Positions 12,901 to 24,600 of a stretch of DNA of 64,000 nt are shown here, in pieces; position 1 is the stretch's first letter; each line of letters starts with the position of its first letter. Source of the DNA: Heptranchias perlo (taxonomy: Eukaryota); NCBI RefSeq assembly GCF_035084215.1, contig NC_090340.1, positions 18,972,001 through 19,036,000 on the forward strand, read 5' to 3'. The translations under genes were made by a program, and so were the position numbers. The notes beneath the pieces were generated by a model, which was not told where the DNA came from, searched no databases, and saw nothing but the letters and a program-made list of their open reading frames with translations.

Positions 12901-14228
12901 ACACCAAGATTGGTGGCATTGTGGACAGTGAAGAAGGTTATCTAGGATTGCAACGGGATCTTGATAAATTGGGCCAGTGGGCCGATGAATGGCAGATGGA
13001 GTTTAATTTAGATAAATGTGAGGTGATGCATTTTGGTAGATCGAATCGGGCCAGGACCTACTCCGTTAATGGTAGGGCGTTGGGGAGAGTTATAGAACAA
13101 AGAGATCTAGGAGTACAGATTCATAGCTCCTTGAAAGTGGAGTCACAGGTGGATAGGGTGGTGAAGAAGGCATTCGGCATGCTTGGTTTCATTGGTCAGA
13201 ACATTGAATGCAGGAGTTGGGATGTCTTGTTGAAGTTGTACAGGGCATTGGTGAGGCCACACTTGGAGTACTGTGTACAGTTCTGGTCACCCTATTATAG
13301 AAAGGATATTATTAAACTAGAAAGAGTGCAGAAAAGATTTACTAGGATGCTACCGGGACTTGATGGTTTGACTTACAGGGAGAGGTTAGACAGACTGGGA
13401 CTTTATTCCCTGGAGAGCAGGAGGTTAAGGGGTGATCTTATCGAAGTCTATAAAATAATGAGGGGCATAGATAAGGTCGATAGTCAAAATCTTTTCCCAA
13501 AGGTAGGGGAGTCTATAACGAGGGGGCACAGATTTAAGGTGAGAGGGGAGAGATACAAAAGGATCCAGAGGGGCAATTTTTTCACTCAAAGGGTGGTGAG
13601 TGTCTGGAACGAGCTGCCAGAGGCAGTAGTAGAGGCGGGTACAATTTTGTCTTTTAAAAAGCATTTGGACAGTTACATGGGGAAGATGGGAATCGAGGGA
13701 TATGGTCCAAGTGCAGGCAATTGGGACTAGCTTAGTGGTATAAACTGGGCGACATGGACATGTTGGGCCGAAGGGCCTGTTTCCATGTTGTAACTTCTAT
13801 GATTCTATGATTCTATGATGAGGGACTTCAGTGATGTGGAGAGACTGGAGAAGCTGGGGTTGTTCTCCTTTAGAGCAGAGAAGATTAAGGGGAGATTTGA
13901 TAGGTGTTCAAATCATGAACAGTTTTGACAGAGTAAATAAGGAGAAACAGTTTCCAGTGGCAGAAGAGCCGATAATCAGAGGCGATAGATTCAAGGTGAT
14001 CGGCAAAAGAACCAGAGGCAAAATGAGGAAACTTTTTTTTACGCAGCGGGTTGTAATGATCTGTAATGCACTGCCTGATTGGGTGGTGGATGCAGATTCA
14101 ATAGTAACTGGAATTGGATAAATACTTGAAGGGGGAAAAAAATACTGGGCTATGGGGGAAAGAGTGGGGGAATGAGACTATTTGAATAGTTCTTCCATGG
14201 AGCTGGCACAGGCACGATGGGCCGAATG
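9975..14228 (+). mobile_element. Old degenerate CR1 LINE (host of the nested insertion at 11390-13817)
   Basis: Broken RT fragments on both sides of the insert; host reads ttactagaatggtacca...|atgagggacttcagt, continuous as in the sister copy near 32790. Confidence 0.85.
11390..13817 (+). mobile_element. Young 5'-truncated CR1 LINE with uninterrupted ORF2 (partial endonuclease plus RT)
   Basis: 779-aa ORF 11391-13730 with [24 protein letters not shown] and KFADD motifs; 3' tail of repeated (A)TTCTATG octamers. Confidence 0.95.
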
Positions 14229-14599
14229 GAATGAAAAGATCATGGAAAACATGAATGTAAGTGGTCTTGGTCGTAATTCATGTTTAAGATTCCCCGTTCT
14301 TTTGCACTGGTTCAGCTGATTCCACCCGGATTGTGTTGATATAACTAGCGGAACAAGGTTATAACCAATTAACTCGGGCTAAGTTTAGAATTAAATTAAT
14401 ATACTGTTTCATTTAAGCACCCCACAATATTCCAACCTTGGTTCTGTTTTTTGTGACTGCAGTTTTCCGTGAGTTTTTGTTGCTCGTAAAAAATCTAAGT
14501 TCACAGGTGGAACTGTCATTCTCCTGTACTCTGGAATTCTCTTCCTAAGCCCTTCCACCTTGCTACATCGCTCCCTAATTTCAAAAGCCTTCCCAAAAT

Positions 14600-14850
14600 A
14601 AGATAATTGGCAAAAGAACCAGAGAGGAGCTGAGAGATTTTTTTTTACAGTGAGTTATGATCTGGAATGCACTGCTTGAAAGGGTGGTGGAAGCAGATTC
14701 AGTAGTAACTTTCAAAAGGTAATTGCATGTATACTTGAAAAGGAAAAAAAATGCAGGGCTATGAGGAAAGAGCAGGGGAATGGGACTAATTGGATAGAGC
14801 TGGCACAGGCACAATGGGCCAAATGGCCTCTTTCTGTGCTGCACGATTCT
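14600..14850 (+). mobile_element. CR1 3' fragment
   Basis: Matches the 3' end of the copies at 13990-14228 and 32980-33235. Confidence 0.8.
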
Positions 14851-17019
14851 AAAAACTTATTTCTTCAACCACCTCTTCCAACAGTGCTTTCACCCTGACT
14901 CAATGTCCTCTCAGCTGGATGCGATGACAGTTTTTAAAAAAGGGGGACTTCATTGCTTTTAAAGGGCCACTGATTTCTGGTGTAGAAATCTTACAATAAA
15001 TTTATAACCTCTGCCCCCATTTTTTTTTTCTTGGTGTCCAATTCCATTATAAGGTGCCTGGGTGATTCACAATGTCAAAGACGCTGTATAGGAAGTGAGG
15101 GTTACAACATGCTGATGTGTAGTAATATTAACCCAGCAAGATGAATTAATTGACATTTTATAAACTCAAGTTTAATTAGACAAAAGGTTGCAATTGATTA
15201 CTAGGGAATACAATGAGCACGCAGCATTCTCAGCAGGTGTAAGTACTCCTTTTCTGCAGTTGGCCTGACTGAGGGCATTGAGTGAGAGTGAAACTGAAAG
15301 AGAATCAGTGAGTTTGGGGAAACTCCAAGCAAAGGAAGTCCAGAATTATTGATCTAAAAAACATTTTTGACACTTACAAAATAATAAAGCAACAAAACTT
15401 ATTGCTCTATTGCCATGAATCAGGGAATGTATCATGCCCAAGATCCTAAAATAATCTTGAACACTTTGCTTAAATACCAGATGAAGTTTGTGCTGTGATA
15501 GTGAGTTTTAATTGTACCTAATTTAGATTATTAGTTACTTGGTGTTTTACAGTTTGGAATGGTCATCGTTATCAACAGTGTAATGGCATGATATAAAATT
15601 ACTGATTATTTTTGGGCTCTGTTCACAGTCTTAGTGGAATATCTTGCATGATGCCTTCATCAGGCAACAGTGTCCCTTTAAATGCAGGGCATTGAGTCAG
15701 AATGAAACTGCAAAGGAACGAAAGTGAGTTTGGGGAATTTGAAGCAGTGACCACTGAACAAACATTCGACATTTTAAATTTAGCAGCAGCATCAAGAGAA
15801 TGGAAATCATCGTTTATGAACCAGCTAGTAAAAGATTTCAGTTTGTCACTGCAGCCAGTTTGGAGACAGGTAAAAACTACTCTGCAGATGGTCTAGAACT
15901 GAGTTGCTAATTGTAAGGTTTGCCTTGCATGTTTTTTGTGACAGTTGGTAATATATATTTTAAAGAAAAAATACTCCCCGGACTTGTTTGCAACAAGAGT
16001 GACAGGAATGATCATCCCACAAAGTGGAGTAGGAAAAGAATTGTACAATAGGAGACTCTATTTTTAAATGAGCTCATGCCTGTGTATTCTGATAAGTGGT
16101 TGCTTACATCAAACTAATAGTTAATTATGTGTGATAAGTATACTGCTTTCCTGATGCCGCATACTTAGCTCACTAACAGTTATTGCCATGTAACGGGAAT
16201 GGACATAGCTTCTGTGCTGCTTAGTTCCCAACCTGAGCTGTGTTGAGTGGAGGCCTTAATGGTGGGGCTTGGGAGGCAGGGGGAAGAGAGATACTTGAAA
16301 GGAAGAATTCTGTTTTGACTGTCCTTGGCAACTCCTAAAAGTAGGTTTGAGAAAGCATTGGGGCAATCTGGCAGTATGCTCTGTGTTTGTCCTTTTGGTT
16401 GCAAGTTGGTCAACTTAGATGGATGGAGTAAACTTACTGGAGTGGGACTTAATCAAAAATATCTCCCCGGAAAAGAAACAGTTTAAAATAAGTGCATCCA
16501 GCTTCTGATGGGTGCTAACAGTGCTCATTTTATAACTTATTTTGCCATAATGGATGTGACTCATTTCTAACTTCCAGCTTGGTCTGTCATTTTTTTTTGG
16601 AAATATTTAAAGGGACACTTTTGCTTGGTAACATGATGTGCTTTGCAGAGTTTGTGAAGGGGGCAGAATGCAGTAACGTGATCATGTATCCTAGATCATA
16701 GTGACATGATGTGTGATGCCGTAGTTCAGTGTGTAATCAGACTGATCAGCTTTATTCATTATAGGGGATACATAGCTTCAGATACAGGGAGCCCTGAAGA
16801 AGGAATTTGTAATCTGGGATTTTACTTTACACTGCAATCTCCATAAGCAGCTGTGTCAGGCTGAGGGACTGCCTCTCCATCTACCCCCAGTGTCCTTCTG
16901 TCTATCTCTCTCCCTTTCTCTACAAAATCTAAGTTGCATTGAGTGGGGAGGTGCTCAGTGAATAATTAGCAACATTGGGAGCATGTCTTCCTGCTCCCTG
17001 AAGACTCCAGAAAGACCCT

Positions 17020-17820
17020 AAAGTCCCCCTATTCCAGCATTCAATTGCTCCTTAAATGAATCCCAGGGTTGTTACCTTCGCTGATCTATCTGGCAGTCCT
17101 TTTTCAAGTGTTGATCACCTTTTTGTGTGAAGAAATTTCTGAGCAGTTCTAAATTTACTAGTTTGAACCTCTGGCTCCTTGTACTACCCTCAAATTAGTT
17201 TAAAATAATATTCCTAACCTATCTTTTTTTTCATTCCATTAAATATTTTGTCTGCTGCTTCAAGGTCATCTCTCGCATGTCTCCTCATGGATAGAAAAGC
17301 CCAGGATTCTCCAGGCTTTCTTCATAATTCAGACCATCAACACTAGGGATCAGCCTCATTGCTCTTTCTGCAATGGATCCAGTGCTTGAATGTCTCGCTG
17401 ACCAAAACTGAACAGTTTAGTCATGATTTTCTTTGACTTGTATTCTACTGTTTTGGCTACGTAGTTCAACATTCTATTGGCTTTGTTGACTGCTGCTCTG
17501 CATTGGTTAGACATGTTGAGCATCAAGTCTGCTAAGATTCCTATGTCTCTTTCAACGTCACCCGTGGCTATTTCAACACCCTTTATGCTGTACATACACC
17601 ACCCATTTTCCTTGTGTGCAGCACTTTATACTCATTTGCACTAAATTCCTTCTGTTATTGTGCTGCCCACACACGTATTTTCTTCAAATCATTCTGTACT
17701 TTGAGCTGCCTCTTCCTATTCCAGTGCCCCTCCCGTATGGTATTGGCTGCAAATCTGACCAACTTGCATTGAGTTTCTGAATCAAAGCAAATTAGAAATG
17801 ATAGTAGTCCCAATAGTGTG
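17020..17820 (-). mobile_element. Degenerate CR1 fragment
   Basis: ORF 17356-17595 (ERDIGI...QCRAAVNKANRML) is CR1 ORF2-like. Confidence 0.7.
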
Positions 17821-18256
17821 CCTGTTGCTATGCCACTCTTTCCCCCCCCCTCCCCTCCCCATCACTGGTAAGCAAAAAATACAAGTTTCAGTTTAGTAGA
17901 GATGTGCTGACTGGAGACTGCATTGGGCCTTAATAGTGGGGAGAAGGGAAGAGGAAGAGGAAATCAGAGGGAAGATTCCTAACTTGGCTCTCTATGGCAT
18001 CGCTGAATGGCCCCAAGTACCGACAGCCAACATATCCAAATAGTCACATTGTTTATGAAGAGTTTGCAATGAGACTGGTTAAGGCAAAGGAACTGTGGAT
18101 GTCTGACTACATCTGAATGAAAATTTAGGCTTTACTATTTTCAGCTAAGCAGCTTCCAGCTGATTTCAGTTCGAAGTTCAGTGCTCAGATTTTCAAGTGT
18201 TTTAATTAATTATGAATTATTTATTTATTTCAAGCTACGTCTGTTCTGTTTTGTAG

Positions 18257-18333
18257 GAGGACACAAGGCATCCTGCGGCCATTTGGTAAGGTCCAAGGGT
18301 CTGAATGAATGGTGTAAGGCACTTCTAAATGAG
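18257..18333 (+). CDS. RBR-like E3 ligase exon: partial RING1 (GHKASCGHLVRSKGLNEWCKALLNE)
   Basis: Acceptor ttttgtag and donor GAG|GTGAGT; SCGH...WC..LL motif; ends in phase 0, matching 19454. Confidence 0.85.
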
Positions 18334-19453
18334 GTGAGTTCATAGGTCAGAATTCATTTCAAGTGCTGGACACATGGACTTGCAGCTTCAAGGCTGGTCT
18401 GTTACAGTGGAGAGGGTAGATGATAGAAGGGAAAACGACTTGTTTTGCCCTAGTTCACCACTTCATTTCTCCACATCCCCTTCAGTCATCTTTATGGCCT
18501 TGGAGTAAATTGCCAAAGTATGGACGAAACCAGGGCACGGATTAGAGAGGGAATGGGTCAAGTATGTAGTCTCATTCAGTCCAATATTTTCAATGTTGGG
18601 GAAGATAGACAGCAACTCCATCAGGACCACTGATATGCCAATTGAAATGTTCTCCTAGGAGGATTAATATTCCATGCCTAAGATTACTTAGAACCTTGTA
18701 TTGCATTGCTAGTGATGCATTTCAGCTGCAATATAACTGGAAACAATGCAACATTGTTAATAAACTATCCCATAATGTGGTGCCAAGATATTAACTGTAC
18801 GCGCACTCGCAAAACAAGTGTGAGCGGGTACTTTCAAAATATAACCTGTGGGACTGCAGGCTAGTCTTCTGAAGCTTTGTTGGTACCTGGTACCTGGTCG
18901 CTGCTTTGCTGAGCTCCTTGTACTCGATGTATCCTTCCTCAATATTGCATCATAGAAAGGCCAGTCGCTGCAACAAAATTGTTAACTTCCTGAGGACATG
19001 AAGGGTGCTATTTAAATGCAAGTTCATTCATCTTTCTTTCAAATATACCTCCTCACACCCATTCCATATTGATAGCAAAATAATGACTGCAGCAGGTGAT
19101 ATGCCATGAGATGTTCTTGCCTTTTAAATATGTAAGGGCTCTGAGTACCTCAGTCAGATTACACCTCCTGATGTACATTCTCTATGAATTGTCTGAACAG
19201 CTCCATTAGATTCCAGCCCGTAATTCTTAAGGTTTCCATTGCTCTGTATACAATAAAATGTGAGACCCTGGATTAGTTCAGTCTACATCTTAACCTGGTG
19301 TATTCGTTATCTATCTCTCATCATAAGTGGTGCACAGAAGATAGTTACAAGAATTTGAGTTCTGGTAGCGTTTCATTTTTGACCATTTGGGCCTGGATGA
19401 ACTAAGAACGATGGGATGCAGCACCTTTTAATCCAACAGTTGATTCTTTGTAG

Positions 19454-19603
19454 GGTCGGTTCACGTTTAATTGCCCCAAGTGTGCAAAGGAGTGGCCCTG
19501 GCAGGAAGTGCGGCAACTTGCCCGGTTGAGCAAGGGGGAATGCGGACCTTGTGAAGAGCAGCTTGGCAGGATTATGACACCAAAGGCGGAGTTGTACCAA
19601 AAG
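19454..19603 (+). CDS. RBR-like E3 ligase exon (GRFTFNCPKCAKEWPWQEVRQLARLS...ELYQK)
   Basis: Acceptor ttctttgtag and donor AAG|GTAATT; 150 nt, phase 0/0; CPKC..EW.WQEVR motif. Confidence 0.88.
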
Positions 19604-20224
19604 GTAATTGTCGTGTGTTTTAGGATTTTTTAATCTTTTTTCTTCACAGAAATTATTTAGAATGGAGGTATGTTTGTGTTTTAAAGCCAAGTGAATTCAT
19701 ACAGCTTTAAAATAAAGCTGCAGGCATTGTAGCTGTTTATTAAAGTTAGATGAGTTAGTTTGTGGAATGTTATGGCCTACAGTCTACTTCACACTGAGAC
19801 AATGAGGGTCAATTGTCTCGTCCTAGGCCCATTAAGCCAGGGTGGCCTCTAGTCCTGTTAATAGCGGGAGATACTTTTAATCCACACCCAAAGAGTGGAG
19901 GAGAGGGAGCTGGTCTTGTATACTGGGAAATCACTGAATGGAAAAGATGTTTGATGGACAATCCTCTCTCGCTGGCTGGTTACACACAAGGACAAAGAGA
20001 CACGGGGGCAGTGAGTAAAACCAGCTAACTCTGAGGGGGCAGCTCGACCTGACGAGGGGGAATTTACCTATCCCTAGCCCACAACCAGTTAGAATCAGCG
20101 AAACTAACCAGAAAAATTCAAGTGAGCTTGCTAATAGGGATTACATGACCTATTTCCTGCTCTCATGGAGGGTTAAGCAGTTTTTGGAAGTGTAAAGGAC
20201 ATCAAACTGTTCCAGTTGGAATAG

Positions 20225-20430
20225 AAATCTGAAACACTCTCCTCCAAAAGGCTGTGGATGCTGGGACAATTGGAGCTTTCAAGACTGAGATCGCTAGATT
20301 TTATTAGGTAAGGATATCTAGGATATAAAGCTAAGGTGGGTAAATGGAATTGAGGTACAGATCAGCCATGATCTAACTGAATGGCAGAACAGGCTCGAGA
20401 GGCTGTATGGCCCACTTCTGCTCCTGTGTT
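20225..20430 (+). mobile_element. CR1 3' fragment
   Basis: aagactgagatcgctagat...gatcagccatgatcta...ggctcga tail. Confidence 0.7.
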
Positions 20431-20681
20431 CCTATCAATAATTAGCACAATAGCAGAGAAATCTGTAATCCATGATGCCAAAATCAGGAACGGGATCAGT
20501 GGGCTAATGTGGAGTAGTCCTGTGTGGTGAAACAGGAGATGTCGAGCTGAGGAAACCAAGCCAAAATGTAAAAGATACAGTTCTTAATTTTTCAGTTCTA
20601 AACGCATTTTCCCCCAATTCACACCCCTAACATAATAGATACATTTGTGTCACTAATCCATTTTCTTATTTTGTCCCTCAG

Positions 20682-21251
20682 TGTCCAGACTGCAGTCTCT
20701 ATGTACAAAGAATGGATCTGGAGAAGCTGTGTGTTCAGTGTCTGCCTTGCTCAGAAAGATCGAAGAAAGTCTTTCAGTTCTGCTGGGACTGTGTGAGGGA
20801 GTGGAAGAGTACTGATGTGCAGAGTGACAGCTGTGGTAATGAATCCTGCAGTCTGACCGCACTGCTTCTGGGCTGCAGTACAATCGAAGACAAGGCTAGT
20901 GTAGTGTATGGATGTCCCAAAGTGCGGGCCTGCCCCAACTGTGAGGTATTAGCAGAGCACTGCAGGAAAGGCTGCCCAAGTGTATTGTGTCCGAATTGCA
21001 ATCATGTATTTTGTTACCGGTGCCTTGAGTTAAATGGATGTCATAGAGAAAGACCAGCTGGTTTAACACTTTGCCCTATAGTTGAAAGGCAAAAGCTGAC
21101 AGGCAAGATGGCCTACAGTAAAAGACGTAACCTGCAGGATGAGGATGCACTTCGAATACTGGCTCACAATTTACGTCGGTTGCAATCAGCAGAAAGAGAT
21201 GCCGTTCGCCCAGAGCAGCAAAGAAATGAAAACTCGTGTGTCACTTTTTAA
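20682..21251 (+). CDS. RBR-like E3 ligase terminal exon: IBR plus RING2, C-terminal CVTF
   Basis: Acceptor ttttgtccctcag; CPDC...CLPC...FCWDC (IBR) and CPNC...KGC...CPNC..VFCYRC (RING2); in frame with ORF 20712-21251. Confidence 0.9.
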   Translation, partial: CPDCSLYVQRMDLEKLCVQCLPCSERSKKVFQFCWDCVREWKSTDVQSDSCGNESCSLTALLLGCSTIEDKASVVYGCPKVRACPNCEVLAEHCRKGCPSVLCPNCNHVFCYRCLELNGCHRERPAGLTLCPIVERQKLTGKMAYSKRRNLQDEDALRILAHNLRRLQSAERDAVRPEQQRNENSCVTF

Positions 21252-22540
21252 ACCTTGTGTTTCAGAAGCTCCTGTTTGACATCTCCATTGATCGAGTAGA
21301 AACTTCATATGATGTGACAGCCAGGAGTAATCTTTATCCCTTGCTACCTTTTACAGATTTTTTTTTTTAATATTCTTTTCCCCACCCCCTGATGCTCTTG
21401 ACTCTTGTTTGGATACTTTCCAGCCAGAAGTCCCCCTATTCCCTTTCCTAAGTGGCCATTCCTCATTCATAGGCCTAGAAAGAAAAAAAGAAGCAGCTGC
21501 AAGGGGGATGAGGGGGGTTGGGGGGTTGGGGGGGGGGGGCAGCCTCCACCCACCTGTCACTCAGTGCTCCAGAAAAGATGTCGGACAGGCCGCTTTGCCA
21601 AACGTCATCACATAAGGCCCTCAATTAAGCAGTCAGTGAAGCCTGTTACATGGCTTGGACCTTGGATGTCTAGAACAATAGGGTGGCCCGCACCATACAG
21701 GCTGCTACTGTGTAGATCCTTCCACCATGCTGAAAGCTGATGTCCATTGTAAAATTGATGGTCATATATCCAGGACTCATTGTCTACCATGACTGGGTTA
21801 TATAGAGGCCAGCAGCTGCTGCTGAAACTCCATATCTCTAACTGGTGGTAAACCACTATTCAGTGCAGTGCAATGTGTGTTCTGGTCAAGAGGATGGTGA
21901 CAATGCACTTGCACAGTTTTAGTGAGCTGTCCTGCTCACCACGCTGCTCATGAGGAATTTCTGTTCGAACCCTCCATGTTTGTGGAGGGTTCGAACCCAC
22001 GTTTGCCTAGTGACCACCTATTGTGTGTCCTCAGGAGGAGGGGAGAGAGGTAAGCAGGGTCTCTATGGGGTCAGAAAGGATCCAGATGACATGCCTGGAG
22101 ATAGATGTTCAGAACCAGACTATACATTCCATAGTGGATTTCTCTTGTTTGGAGATTTAAACATGGTGATGAGATTCCATGCACATCAGACACTGGCTGA
22201 CCAAAAGCAAGCTCAACTCTACAGCTCTTCAATTTTGTCTCTGCTGCTCTTTCTTTCTTTCCCATTCTCGGGCTTTTTAAAATTTTTCAGTTGAAAAGAA
22301 TTCTTGCCCCTCTTTTAATTGTGACCCCCTTAAACAATTTGAATGAACATGCTGGAGTTTCATTGTGCTGCTTTGGGCATCAGGGAGATACTTTGTGGAA
22401 TTTCTCTTTGGGCTATTAAGCAGGGTAGAATTTATGATCGGGCAAATCGTATGTAGTCTATAGAAGGTGCGAGCTGGATGGGCTTTTCTATTCTGTCCTC
22501 TTCTGCTTCAACAACCTTTCACTAGTTTTATAGTCATTGT

Positions 22541-24600
22541 CATAGAATCATAGAATGATACAGCACAGAAGGAGGCCGTTCGGCCCATTATGCCTGTGCC
22601 GGCTCTTTGAAAGAGCTATCCAATTAGTCCCATAGCCCTGCAAATTATTCCCCTTCAAGTATTTATCCAATTCCCTTTTGAAAGTTATTGAATCTGCTTC
22701 CACCACCCCTTCAGGCCGTGCATTCCAGATCATAACAACTCGCTGCATAAATTTTCTTTTCCTCATGCCGCCTCTGGTTCTTTTACCAAATACCTTAAAT
22801 CTGTGTCCTCTGGTCACTGACCCTTCTGCCACTGGAAACAGTTTCTCCTTATTTACTGTATCAAAACCCTTCATGATTTTGAACACCTATCAAATCTCCC
22901 CTTAACCTTCTCTGTTCTAAGGAGAACAACCCCAGTTTCTCTTGTGTCTCCACATAACTGAAGTCTTTCATCCCTGGTACCATTCTAGTAAATGTCTTCT
23001 GCACCCTCTCTAAGGCCTTGACATCCTTCCTAAAGTGTAGTGCCCAGAATTGAACACGTTACTCCCAGCTGAGGCCTAACCAGTGTTTTATAAAGGTGTA
23101 GCATAACTTCCTTGCTTTTGTACTCTGTCTCTATTAATAAAGCCCAGGATCCCATATGCTTTTTTAACGCCTTCTTGACTTGTCCTGCCACCTTCAAAGA
23201 TTTGTGTATGTGCATCCCCAGGCCTCTCTGTTCCTGCACCCCCTTTAAAATTGTGTCATTTAGTTTATATTGCCTCTCCTCATTCTTCCTACCAAAGTGC
23301 GTCACTTCACATTTCTCTGCGTTAAATTTCATCTGCCATGTGTTTGCGCATTTCAGCAGTCTGTCTATGTCCTCCTGAAGTCTGTTACTATCCTCCACAT
23401 TGTTTACTACATTTCCGAGTTTTGAAACTACAAACTTTGAAATTATGCCCTGTATACCCAAGTCCAGGTCATTAATATATATCAAAAAGAGCAGTGGTCC
23501 TAATACTGACCTGTGGGGAACACCACTGTATACTTCCCTCCAGTCTGAAAACAACCGTTCACCACTACTCTCTGCTTTCTGTCCCTTAGCCAATTTTGTA
23601 TCCACACTGCCACTGTCCCTTTAATCCCATGGGCTTCAATTTTGCTAATAAATCTATTATGTGGTACTTTATCAAATGCCTTTTGGAAGTCCATATACAC
23701 AACATTAACCGCACTACCCTCATCAACCCTTTTTGTTATTTCATCAAAGAACTCAATCAAGTTAGTCAAACATGAAATTCCTTTAACAAACCAGTGCTGG
23801 CTTCCATCAGTTAACCCATATTTTTCAAGGAGTCAATTAATTTTGGCCCAGATTATTGTCTCAAAGTTTCCCCACCACTGACGTCAGGCTGACTGGCCTC
23901 TAGTTGCTGGTTTTATTCCCCTCCCCTTTTTTTTAAACAGGTGTAACATTTGCAATCCTCCAGTCCTGTGGCACCACTCCCATTTCTAAGGAGGATTTGA
24001 AGATTGTGGCCAGAGCCTCCGCAATTTCTACTGTTACTTCCCTCAGCAACCCAGGATGCATCCCATCCGGATCAGTGGCTTTTCTACTTTCAGTGCGACC
24101 AACTTTTGAAGTACCTCTTTATCTATTTTTATCCTATCCAGTTTCTCTACTCCCTCCTCCTTTTCTGTGACATTGGCAGCACTCTCTTTAGTGAAGACAG
24201 ATACAAAGTACTCATTTAGTACCTCAGCCATGCCCTCTGCCTCCACAAGAAGATCTCCTTTTTGATCCCTAATCAGCCCCACACTTCATTTGACTATCCT
24301 TTTACTATTTATATGTTTATAAAAGACTTTTGGGTTTCCTCTTATCTATTCTCATGCACTCTCTTTGCCCCTCTTATTTCCTTTTTCATTTCTCCCCTGT
24401 ACTTTTTGTATTCAGCTTGGTTCTCCACTGAATTCTGAACATGACATTTATCATTAGCTCTGTTTTCTGTTTCATTTAATCTCTAACTTTAGTCATCCAG
24501 GGACCTCTTGCTTTGGATGGCCTTCCTTCCCCACCTCGTGGGAATGTGTCTAACATGTATCTGAACTATCTCCTCTTTGAAGGGGTCCCATTGCTCATTT
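22541..24600 (-). mobile_element. Degenerate CR1 LINE
   Basis: Minus-strand RT fragments (23500-23769, 23030-23605, 22548-22886); catagaatcatagaat tail at 22541. Confidence 0.9.

Noticed and set aside
15213-16840. Alternative 5' exons for the RBR-like gene (MSTQHSQQ at 15213; segment from 16765)
   Set aside because: Phases do not join exon 18257 without creating a stop
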